From NCBI GenBank assembly GCA_004764695.1, contig SMSO01000005.1, positions 372,001-436,000 of the forward strand: 64,000 nucleotides of DNA, given 5' to 3'. This DNA is from Schizochytrium sp. TIO01. Its lineage: Eukaryota > Protista > Bigyra: Labyrinthulomycetes. The position numbers were made by a program, and so were the translations under genes. The notes below the pieces were generated by a model. It did no database searches. It was not told the DNA's origin and saw only the letters and a program-made list of their open reading frames with translations. Each line of letters opens with the position of its first letter. Position 1 is the first letter of the stretch. Positions 14,601 through 26,849 of the stretch are shown here, one piece after another.

Positions 14601-15720
14601 GATTCCTCCTGCGACTCTTCCCCTCAAAAGAGGCTCCACAAAGAAAAGAGAAAATCATAATTTTCTCTAAGTTAAATCATCTACTACTATCCTCGTGAAA
14701 CCAACCAAATCAGCGCATCTGACTAGTTCGGTTGCTCTCGCGCACAAGTTAATCTAGAGAACGCCCGATATTGAACCAATTTCCTGATCGAAACGACTTG
14801 GCGCATAATCACCAATTTATACATTCCTGCCATCCCGCTATGCAGATTAAACACCTTTACCTTTGCGTGAGGAACACCTCAGCGCCATCTCAAGTCACTT
14901 GATCTTCAAGCGCCCATTCATAATGAGGTGCTTCTCCGTGCACATGTGACCGATCGAATTACACCCATAACTTGGCCTGCTTGCTTATTTATCTACTCAG
15001 GCCTTCGTCCCTGCTCGTTTCACAAAACAAGGTACAGCTTTCGATAAAAGGTTTCTTCTTCCATCGCTCGTGATGGCTTCGAGATTAAAATCAGATCAGT
15101 GGACACGCTCCATGCCGAAAACTACGCAGATGCCGCAAATCAACGAATCGGTGGTCCAATCGACTAATCAATCAATCAGCACAGAAATAATAAATATCAG
15201 TTTATCAGAACATCAGCATCATCAGCACCAGGTGCTACACAGATAGGTAGATCGTGATCTTTTTCCACATCATCATTTACAAAGAAATCATGGCCTAACC
15301 CGCCTCAATATGTTTGCGCGGCGTAGCTGGGCACCAGGTACCTACTACCTATCTAGGCAGTCCTACGCACTCCAATTCCAAAAGCAGCCGGTCTCTCACG
15401 ATGAGATGTTGCCGACTTCAAGCAACTACAAGAGTAGCCTTGGAGCGCTAAGTGTTAGTAGCCGCAGGCTTAGAACCGCGGGTACGCTCGAGGACGCTCC
15501 ACAGACTCGTGAGAACTCTGCGCCTTTGCAAAGGAAGAAGAAGAAGAAGAGAAGAAAGAACAAGAAGCGATACTTCTTTTCACGTGGAGGGATAAATCGA
15601 TCAAGCAAGCAAGAATGCATGCAATCAAGCAAGCGAGAAAGGCATCAGCTTCTGCTCAAAGATTTAAAGGCCTCTGCAGAGTTCTACTGTTCTTCCATCC
15701 CTGGAATAAATTATGAATGA

Positions 15721-15785
15721 ATTGCATTGCATTGCATTGCATTGCATTGCATTGCATTACATTACATTGCATTGCATTACATTGC
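15721..15785 (+). repeat. (ATTGC/ATTAC)n pentanucleotide microsatellite
   Basis: attgcattgc...attacattac...attgc read directly. Confidence 0.9.
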
Positions 15786-18700
15786 TTTGCATTTATGTGA
15801 AATGCCAGCAATGAAACGCGATGGTTGCACGCAAAACGGCGCTCAAAACGCCAGCTGCAGAGGCGAGGCGGTGCCGATGTACCAAGCAAGCAACAAAGCC
15901 GAGGACGGCGGACTCCTCTCGCATCGTTTGCCGGCGTGGTCTGGAGCAGATTTCATTGCGACGCCGCCCACCAAGCCCATGGTTGTTGCTTTCTTCGTTT
16001 CTCTGCGTTTCCTCGTTTCCTTGTTTACTTCATGCCTCACGTTTTCCAAAGAAGAAGAAGAAGGAGCGATTTGCTAAGATCTACAAGAACCTCAACGCGC
16101 GACTTCTTCGGCCTCTTTGACTTGCCTTGCTTGACTCGACTTGACTTGAAGCCGCCTCCTTCAAGTGCACGGGTCCCATCTTTGCACTTGTTATCGTCAC
16201 CATCTCAGCCACTGCGATGGCGACGATGGATGGAATGTTATACATTCATTCATTCATTCATTCATTCATTCATCCATTCATTCATCCGCTCCTAAATGCC
16301 TTCGATTCACAGCGCAACCCATAAAGACAAACGTGCACTACGCATTCGCTAAGCAACTACTACTGGTGCACACCCCGTATCCAACTTGCTAGCTCGATCT
16401 ATTCTCACCGAGCGCCAGCTTAATAATGGGAAATAAACAGCGCAGAGAAAGAAGAAAAGGTAATAATAGATATTATGAGACAATCGCAGAGAAGAACAGA
16501 CGAGGATTTGTAGGCGTCCTTCGAGGTTACGGAGTGGAGCGGAGGCAATCTTGGGAACAGACGGTGACTGACTCACTCGACTCTGGAGGTAGGTACAGAC
16601 GGCATTGCGGAAGATCGAAGGCTCTGGGCTCTGTGTCCTGTCTGGGCTCTGGGAGGGAGGGAGGCTGCGCAACAGGCAAATGTCCCCCGGTTTCTGGTGC
16701 CTTCTTTTCTGGTAAATCGAGCTGCCATCGACTCATTCTTTTAAGTTTTGTTTATATTTCTCTATCTATCTTATAGAGATGAAGGAAGATCGAATTGAAA
16801 GAGAGATCACCTCGCTTTCAAGTTGCTCGGAATCATACTCGCGCCGGGATAGGTAGGTAGATCGAGCTTGACGAGTGGCGGAGTACAGACGGTCACAGCC
16901 GCTTTTCTTTTCGTCTGTCTGTCTGTGTGATTATCTTATACGATGTTCGGCCTTAGGATCTCTGATTTTGACTTTGATTTTTAATTAATATTTTAATGTT
17001 CCTTTTACTTATTGAATTGATCAACTTTGTTAATTTGAAGTTAGTAAAATATATCATACTTCGTACTGCTTTTTACAAAAGCTCTTGGTTTGTCCCTGCT
17101 TTCGCTCGCATGCGATTGCAATTGCAAACTCTCCAGGGTGTGCGCGCGAAGTCCCTTCCCTTCCCTCCCTGGGAACGTGGAACCCTGCGAACACAGCCGC
17201 GGCGGGCTTTGGCAGCCTCGCCGGTGTCCCGAGGGCTCAAGGAGTGACCGTTCTTAAGCTCAGGAGGTCCAAGCGCAAGGTCATCATCAGCGTGGCCAAG
17301 CTGGAGATCGGCCAAGAGCTAGCTAGAACTCGAGCTCCTGAAATCAGTTGTGTCCTTCTTGAAGAACCAACCAACCTCCTTGAAGAAGAAGCCGTGCTCG
17401 CACAAGCTCCCGACCCGAGTTGGCTCGCGCAGCCTGACGGTCTTGACTGCCTCTGACCCGCCTGAGGACTCGCTCGATGCACTTTCAGGCAGGTGTTTGA
17501 GCCAAGGGGCGGGTTTCGAAGCACCCATTGGCGATGAAGAAGGCGGGTGCGTCAATGAAGCAATGCGTCAATGAAGCAATGAGCCACCAACGTTGCACCT
17601 GGGCAGCTGGCTGGTTTGCAGGTCCATGACGAATCGCCTCGATCCTCAGGCAAGTTCGAGCTGTCCATGATGAGGTTGTGGTCAATGATGGGCGAAATCG
17701 TGCGAGCAAGCCTTCCTGAGCGAATCCTGAGCTGAAGACGATCCATGCGAGATTTCCGCCGCCGATCTTTGGACGTGGGAGCCGTGGGACAGGCTCCCGC
17801 CAGAGGAACCCGAGCACAAGGAAGACGCCGGCCTTGCGGACGGATTAGAGCTCCAAGCTGCGAGACACACACCGCCATCGCTCCCGTGCGAGCCATGAGA
17901 CGTGACCCGTGAGCGAAGCAGGCAGGCTTCTGATGCGATGGCGATCGATCTCATAACTTGAAGAAAGAAGTCGCATTGTATGCATGTATGGATTGACTGA
18001 TGAATGAATGAATGAATGAATGAATGAATGGAATGTAGTTCTCGTGCATTGCAAGTTGGAGAGATCTTGAAGCAGAAACACCGTTTCCAATCCAATTGAA
18101 TTCACAGCTTTACATCGCTCGCGGATGGATGTACTGAGTGGACTGAGTAGAGAGCGTGGCCAATCTGCTTCGTGACCGACAACTCTGCCAGCGGTGGAGG
18201 CCTTCGATCGATAAACGCAATCTTGCGGAGATTTATTTGGGTCCTCCGCTTCTTTACAGCACGACATAAGCAGTGAGTTCTGAGACATCCATTCGCTGCA
18301 ATGGCGATACGCTTGCATCGAAGGCCCGTCAGAATGGAGGCAGTGTCAAAAGGACGGTTCCACTCCACTCCATCGAGCGCAACGCCTAAGAGCGCATTCG
18401 CTGTGCCATCTTCAGCAGATCCCTGAAAATATAGGCCTGCTCGATTAGGCCAATTAGAGTTCCCAAGAACTGTCTGCTCGCAGGTTCTTGCAATTGCTTG
18501 CTGATAACCATGAATGGCACCAGAGCACTCCCGAATCAATCAGACAAAGATTAGCCAAAGACTGGCGAGCCCGTGACTGCTGAAGAACTCAACTCGGCTC
18601 GGCATCGCAGTCAATCGCTTTCCTGAGAAGCAGTATCTCAATCCTTCGCCGCCTCGCCATCGTGGGTTCTTCTGCCCTCTTCACAAGAGGAGCCTTTTCT

Positions 18701-19891
18701 GATCCTCTTTTTCTGTTTATTTTTTAAGTAGTATTATTACTGTTGTTGTTATTATTATTATTGCTGATGCTGTGAGGAGAAAATCCCCAATACATTACCG
18801 GCAAAAAGAGACAAGCAAGACAAAGGTGGGATAAGCAGACTTTCGCAGGGCCCAAACTACATCTCCAGCTTCGACTGGCGCAGACTCCGCACTATTTTCC
18901 CGGCGAGCTCTAATCTGCGCGCTGTTGTTCCTGCCGCTGCTTCTTCGCGCTGAGCTTACACAGCGTTAAGGCCTATTTTATTCTTGAAAATAATGATATA
19001 TAATAAATTCAAGTAAACATACATAATAATAAATAAATAAAAACTATGAACAAAAAAAAAAACAACTTGACCGAACTTGATAGATACACAAGAATAAAAA
19101 CCACGCTAGCTAGCTACAGCAAGCAGCAAGCCACCCCTTGAGAAAATGCAGACCTGCGCCGACAGCTAACGAGAGAGAGAGAGAGAGCTACAGCCTCGCC
19201 AGCCCCTCGGGAGAGGGAGGGAGGCAAAGCTGCCGTCAAGGGCGCCTCCGCCTCGTTCGTTTCAACCTCGTCCAAGCCCAGCTGCGTTGCGAATCGGAAT
19301 CAGAGGGCAGACAGACAAACAGACAGACAAACAGACAAGACAGACGGACCTCGTCGCACTTCCGACTCGCGAATCACCCAATCGCCTACCCACAGTGTAA
19401 CCGCACCGCAAACTCACACAGGGGGATCCCGAGGCGATCCCGAGCGCCATCCTTGGGGCAAAGCAATAAGCCTCAGAGGGGAACTCGCGCGCAGAAAGCT
19501 AAACGCCCTTATAGCCGACTTCTTAGCTTTTCCTTTTTACCGGCTGTCGACTGCTGCGGATGAGGGGCCGATCGGTGCCAAGCGCAGGCCAACTCCGATC
19601 GACCAGGCAATCAAATCAATCAATCTCACTCACCTCGCTCGCTCGCTCGCTCTGACTCGGCATCGCGCTCGTGCTCGTGCTGCCTGCTACCGCCGCTTTG
19701 GGAGCCTCGATGGAAGGCCCCCCGGACAGCGAAGCCGCTTTCGGGCGCCCTTTCCCGCGCTCGACGGCGCCCAAAGAGGGTTTCGTGCCGGTTTTAGGCA
19801 TGTGCGACTCAAGGAAAACAGAATTCTTTGATTTGATCCTGTAATTAATTATTAATTAACAAATATAATTGACCAACATATTTAATAATTA

Positions 19892-19930
<39 letters not shown>
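19892..19930 (+). repeat. (ATTG)n microsatellite inside an AT-rich patch
   Basis: Read directly. Confidence 0.9.
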
Positions 19931-22900
19931 AATTGAATACTAATTAATTAATTGTTTGATATAATTAAATATTAATTATGCGTCTGTCTAAAGAAGCTAT
20001 ATAAGGATTGGAGCTTTGGGTATAAGATTATGTAAATTCATGCTTAATCAGAACTATTCTCACAGCACGATCGCACGAAAGTGAAGACTGATTACCATTG
20101 AACTAAACTGCGCTCGCATTCGAGTCGAGTCGAGTCGAGTCGAGGAGCTGCAAAGCACCGGCAGACTTACTGACCTGCTGGCTGACCGACCGACAGGCCG
20201 ATTGAGAGAAAGGCGGCGAAGCAGACTTGGCCTTTATTGTGCCAAGCCGGAAGAAACTGAGGGACAGTAAGCAGCGGTAGCAGGTAGGTAGTAAGAAGCA
20301 AATAGTAGCAGCGATAGTAGTAGCTAGCTAGATGATAGATACTTGAGTCTTTCTTTTTGCTTGCTTACAATAATATAGATTCAAGGCACCCTGTCTGTGC
20401 CTGGTTAGTTAGTCAGTCAGTCAGTCAGTTAGTTAGCTAGTTTTCTTTCTTCTTTCCTGCTTTCTTGCTTTCAGTGGCGAAGGAGATGGAAAGGATACGC
20501 TCGATCATGATGTCGAGGGCGGATGAAGAGGGTGACTTCTCTCTTCTCTCTTTCTTGATACGCCTTCTGAATGTGCTTCTCCTCTGGAATCAATCCTGAA
20601 TCCTGAAAGATTCCGTCTGGTTTTGAAAACCAACCGAAGACAGCTGGAAAGCCTCTTGTTGACTCGATATCACTCGTCGACTCACACACTCCCTCCATTT
20701 GACGTTCTTTACTTACACTGTTACTGCAGCAGCACTGAGAGAATGTAGCGTAGCTGATCTCTACTGTGGTTACCTCGGTAGAATCGCTCGTAGTGGAGGA
20801 CAGGAACTTTGGCGGAGACGAAAGAGAGTACATTAGCATCGTCAGACAGTGTTTGTTTAACTGTCTAGCTGTCTAGCTGTTTAACTGTTTAACTGTTTAA
20901 CTGTTTGTTGTGCCTGAGGCAACAGACAGAGATATTTATCATGTAGACAGAGAAAGGGTGAGTAAAGAGGGAAAGAGATTTTCTTTTGTCGATCACCTCT
21001 TCTTTTTTCTTTTTTTCTTTTTTTTTTTCAGTTTTGAAAAACATGCTACTTTTCAACGAGGTGTCTACACTTGTGGTTTACTGGAAGGTATGTATATACA
21101 CCGGGATAATAGCCTGCCTTTGATACCTAAAAATAAAATTTGAACTTAAACAGGCACTTTTTTAATTTTTTTGATATTGCTTATTTCTCTTCTTTCTTTC
21201 TTTAACTTTAAAACAAATAATAACAAAAACAAAACTTCGAGTGAAGTTGACAGACTCAACTGGAACTCTTTCGTGCTTCAAAACAGACACACTCTTGCCC
21301 TGCTTAGTTTTCTTTCGTGCGAGCCATTAATCAACGGAAACGAACTGATTCAAACAAACAATAGGACGACGAATCTTTTTAGAATATCTCTCAAAATTGT
21401 ATGAAAACTTTGTATCATAAATTGGTGGGTAGTAGTTAGTTACACGCAGCACAAAATACCTACCTACCTACCTACCTACCTACTACATACACCCCATTGG
21501 CGACCTACATGTCGCTCTTCCTGCTAACGCATTCGACGATTTTGTAGGTTCATTTGATGGTTCAAAGTCGGATTGATTGGTTGACTAATTCAATTTATTG
21601 GCCGATGGTAGATTTTTGAAGAATTTGCGGTCGATCTGTCGGAAAACCGCAGCGCCGGAAACTATAAGGAATTCGGTACTTCGCTTTCGTTATTTCGTGC
21701 TATGGAATGGAGTATGAATACCACACTCTGACTTGGCCTTCTATGGGCTGTTTGCTGTACATAGATAGCGCTGTGGCTAGTAGTCCCCGTTTGTAGGCTT
21801 TGCACAAGGGCTTTGTTTCCTACTAAGCTTTGATTGGCCAGCACATTTTGCCGAGGCAGAGGAAGATGTGCCATTTGAGTTCCCTCTCTGCGAGCAGCTC
21901 GAATGAAATCAAGTTGACATTCCAAGGGTCATCCATTCCATCTTTTGATTTCAGGAAGGCGTAGAAACCAACCAACCAACCAACTGACTAACTAGCTAAC
22001 CAACGTTGGCAACCAACCAACCAAATAAACAAACAAACAAACAAAATTGAAAAAACTTATGCAGACGGAATGCATGATACCCTCGAACAGCATCTCGAGA
22101 ATGGCAGCGACGAATTCTTGAGCAGCGCAAGCCTGCTCGACATGGAATTTGACCACCTACGCCCATAAATTCTAAACAGGTTTCTCCGCCATCTTCTCCA
22201 AAACTGGAGAGCAGCCACTGCCAGATCAGCTGCTCTTGCGAAATGGCTGAAACCATCGCCGCCTGCAGCAGCGTGAGGCGAGTAATTTGCTGCACTACGA
22301 CGGAATTCGCAAATTTTTAACAGACAGACACAGGCTGCGCATTCGCCCGCTTACTTCAATTGAAGGCGTCAAGAACAACCGCATTCAGAGATTCCTTCGC
22401 GCATTCGCCTTAAAAGAGGGATTCGGATTCCAATCGTTTCGCTGCTATCGCAGATGGATGCGTGCTGAGGCATGGCCAAACTCGAGTCCACTGCAGCCCA
22501 AGCCAACTACTCTCAAGCCAGCGAGCGAGCAAGCAAGCAGATCCATGTGCAGCATGCGCTTACTCGATAGAAAGAGCCCTTGCGGTTCAAGATGGCCAAG
22601 AAGATAAGATAGCAATGCAATGCAGTGCACACCCTGTGCCACGAGAGCTCAAAATGCCCACTTTCGTCTCTCAGTGTTAATAGCGGGGTCTCTCTCTACA
22701 TACAGCTACTGGTGGCTGCGCGGCGTCTTTCCAAAACCAGAAACAGACAGCGCCGGGACAGCAGGGAAATTACGAGTGCATGGGTGCCGCAGCGAGTCTC
22801 GAACGCACAGTCAGGATCGATCGAGTCTTGAACGCACGCTCCTGAGGCTTTCTTATGTCTCCTTGGTAAATCAATACACTGCGGGTGCACACCCTTCTAA

Positions 22901-23928
22901 GTATGCCGCTGCTGCTCCCTATTCTAAGGGGACTGACTGCGTACTTCGTACTACTTGGGGTGTGTACTGCCTAAGCTCATATGCTCTTCAGGGTGAGATG
23001 ATAATGCCCAGAGTTGGTTGAAACGAAGACCATTTGACGGGTGTGAGAGAGGTAGCGATGGTTGCCGTTGCGACAACGCGTGGCTGATCAACGCAGTGCA
23101 TGCAGAGTGAGTGGGCACCAGCAAGCTTTCCTGTTGTACTTTCATTTGTTGATGATGATGATGATTATTATTATTATTATTATTACGTTATCGTTGAGCA
23201 TTGTCATCACAAAACTAAACCTTCTTTTTTCCTCTTTTCTTTCTTTAAACATTAAATCAAGATGATGTATAATGAAAAGACTCTCCTATCTTTGAGTAAT
23301 CAATAGCATAGCACCGCGTTGATACCTAGAGTACCTTTTGGGATTTTCGTTTTCAGTTACTTCATGAATTAATTGGTGCAAACTGGATCGCAGCACCTTT
23401 AATAAACAGTGATGCTCAATCGGCCAAGAAGAATCAGCCGCTTGCGTGGCCATCCTTCAACTCCTGACTGTCGTTTCTCCTCTTTCGATGCATTCCATTA
23501 TTTCTATTGTTCCCCATCTTAGGATTCCTAGCGTTAGCTTCTATACGCAATTGGGCGTTAGAAGCGAATTGTTACAAAATTGCTTATTACAAAATTGGAA
23601 CAAGCAGCCAGAAAACAAAATCAAAGCGGTACTCCTTCGCAGCTGCAGGTGGTGCCTCCTCTCTAATACGTGGCAGGTAGAAGCAGCACCGATGGTGAAC
23701 GATTCGGCAGCCGCTGAAGGAAAGTTTGATCTGCGCACCCATGCATCTTGCAATCCTAACCTTCAATCATCATCGATTCCTATTCGCCAGTAAATAAACA
23801 ATGCTGCAATTAAACATATCTATATCCTATTTTATTCTATTTTTTAAATCGAAATAAAAAGAGAGAATAAAATATTTATTTTGTGTTTAATATTTAATAT
23901 TTATTTTTATTTAAATTAAATCTCATTT

Positions 23929-23965
<37 letters not shown>

Positions 23966-23994
23966 TAATAATAGTAATAATAATAATAATAATA
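23929..23994 (+). repeat. (TAA)n microsatellite
   Basis: About 22 near-perfect TAA units; source of the poly-Tyr tail of the spurious ORF 23929..24222. Confidence 0.95.
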
Positions 23995-26849
23995 AAGTGC
24001 CGAGGCTGCTGACCAATGAATGTACGTAATAATGGTTCCTTTAGTTGGAGGAACGAAGGAAATCTCGCGAAGGGAGCCTGGAGAAGCCCGTGAAGATGAG
24101 CGCTTTCGGCAAGTTTGCGTCAGATGTGATGCCGTCCAGGGCTCGGAGGGCGGCTGGCTCGGCCTGCGTGTCTCCCTGCTGACCTCCTCGGGAGCTGAAA
24201 GCGAGAAAACTGGAGGCTCCAACTACTCCGCTTCGCAAACGCCTGTTGTTGAAAACAGCGAATCGCGGCGAATTAAATACAGACCAATGATCATTTATTT
24301 ATTTTAGTTTTTTTTTTTTTAGTTTTTTTAATAATTTAATTTAATTTACTGTAATGTAATTTAATGTAATTTGATTTAATCTGATTTAATTAAGAATCGC
24401 TCCTCATTGTGTCTGTCTTCTCTCCTCCTTTCGAAAGCAAGGTAACCGAGCATAGGCTAATGCGTAGGCGCGGACAGTAGCGGATTTGGAACAGGCAAGA
24501 AAGAAAGAACGCGGGCAGAGAAAAGAGAACGCGGGCTCAAGCAAGCCAGGGATTGGGATCTTTGGCAGCTCGAGCTCGAGCGAGCGAGCACGCTGCGGAA
24601 GAACGCAATCCGCTCCTCTGCGCCCCGGGGCCGGCGTGGCGTGGCGTGGGCGCCCACGGATACACACACATACACACACACCCTGGAAAGCGGACTTTGA
24701 AGAAGCAGAGCGAGCGAGAGCTATCGATCGCTCAGCCAGATCCGTGCCGCTCTCATGTCTCGCTGGTACTTACTGCCTATTACGAAGAAGGAGAACCCGA
24801 ACCGCCAAGCATGAGCGGGAAGGAACTGCGTGGAGAGCTTGCAGCTGCCCTGCGTGGCCAGCGACAACGTCTTCGAGCATTGCGGGGCCCTTCGCTGGCG
24901 ACCTTGTGGCGAGACTCGCACGCGAGAGCTTGCTAGCTTGCTTGCTTGCTAGCTCGCAGGCATGCATGAATGCGGTTCTTCACTTGCTCGCCAGAGCTAG
25001 CGAGGCTGGAGAACTTGGAGCCCAACCTCGCGTAGGAAAGGGCGACCCGGGCGAGAAGCACCTCCTCCGCGTGGCCGCCGACGGGCAAACGCCCTCTCTC
25101 GGGAAAGTCGCCGACCGAGGTCTGTAGAAGCAAGCTAGCTCGGTCGTCTGTTCGCGACTTCCCCCAAGTCCAGGAGAAGCACGGCAAAGCACGTGTGGCC
25201 AACGCTCGCTGGAAGCGAACCAACCGCACGGAGGCGGACTTGAACGAGGAGCCGCGGCACAGGCCACCACCGCCAGCCAGGCTTGTGGCAGCAGCATTGA
25301 TTGCATCATCCCGAGCTGAGCGCGCGTTCCACTTGCCGCCTCGAGCTTCCCAAACTGCACGAGCCGAGAAGACTCGGAGCGAGACCACCCGCTGCTGCTG
25401 CCGCTGCTGCTGCTGCTGCTGCGTGCCGAGCGGTGGACGACATGACGCCCCGAAGAGGCCAGTCTCCTGCTGCGTGTCCCCAACGCATGAGTGGTGTAGC
25501 TGCTAGCTAGCCAGGGCGAGCGAGCATCTTGAGTTTCCTTCTTGACGGTGGGGAGCAAATCACTCACAGCACTACAGCACTACAGCACATCCATGGCCAA
25601 TCTCGCCAGCACCTGGGGAAGCACCTGCCTCGCGACTCGGGACCCCAAAGGTGCTTGCTAGCACCACCGCTGACGTCAGTGACACGAAGAAGACGAGTGC
25701 ACGATGAATGGATGAAGCAGGAAAGCAAGCAAGCGAACAGGCAGAAGGCGCCACGGCAAACCTGGGTGTGAGCAGCTCTGCCGCAACGGAACTCTGCCCT
25801 GCGGTTCTAGCTAGGTTTGGAGGAGATCAACGCACCCCAAAGCCTTGCTGGCGAGGGGAAACGGCCAGCCGCGAAGCTTGCCGTCGAAGAGACAACTCCA
25901 CGACACACGAGAGCCTCCATCACCTGCCTCGATCGTGGACAGCCACTGCCTCTGACTAGCACGATCGATCGCACAGAAAAAGCCAAGGGCCACCCACCCA
26001 CCCACTCTCGGAAAGAAGCGAACCAAGCGCCGTGAGCAAGCACAACCAAGGGCGAAGCGAGGCCTGTTGGCGAGCGAGGCCTGAGGTTCCTAAGGAGCAG
26101 CCTGCAAGCTTTCCGAGAGCCTGCTCGAATGTCTGTCTCGACGGTCGCTGAGTGGCCACATGGTGAGCTGGGGTCCAGCACCTCCTCGAGGTTCTCTCGA
26201 GATTGGCATTCCAGCGAGTTCCCGACTCCATTCGCGAGTGTGGGGTCAACGTGTCGGCAAGCAAATCTCATGTGCTCGCGTTCCAAACGAAACCTACCTT
26301 TGTTGAACTCTGCACAAACGCATCAGCTTGGTTTGGTGTAACTCTTCGCGCCATTGTGACGGCGGAGGTACAATCTACGCACTGCATACTGTTAGGTACG
26401 CCCCCGCCCCCCCCCCCGCAAATTCGTCGAACACACACGTTGCTCTATTTTGTGTTTTTTCATTTCTTCATTTCTTCGTTTCTTCATTTCCTTTTCTTAC
26501 TTGTGGGGGGTCTTCTTCAGCCTTTATGTACTGTTTTTATTACTATTATTAGTATCGTCATTTATTTACTCTAACCGACCTCTAATGACCATTATTAGCT
26601 GGTCTCTATTTTTATTTATATATGTGTGTATATTATTTAATATAAACAACATGAATTTTTAAATGAAATGAAATAAAAATGGAGCAGCCATTCACATTCA
26701 GCTATATTGGGTAAATGGATGCGACAGAAGAGAATCAAGTCTAAACTTCTTGCAGACTGACATTCCGTGCAACGTCGCAATGTCGCAATGTCGCACTATG
26801 GAAGATCATCTCTGATCCATGGGGGTTGATTGCCTTTTGTCACTGAGTC

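Noticed and set aside
23585-23605. AAAATTGGAAC, matching part of U6 snRNA
   Set aside because: No following ACAGAGA box or other U6 sequence.
1215-26662. Dozens of 60-213 aa ORFs in the desert
   Set aside because: Many start at TTG/GTG, many translate microsatellites (FIHS, LSFF, poly-Y, CIALH), and none shows a recognisable domain.
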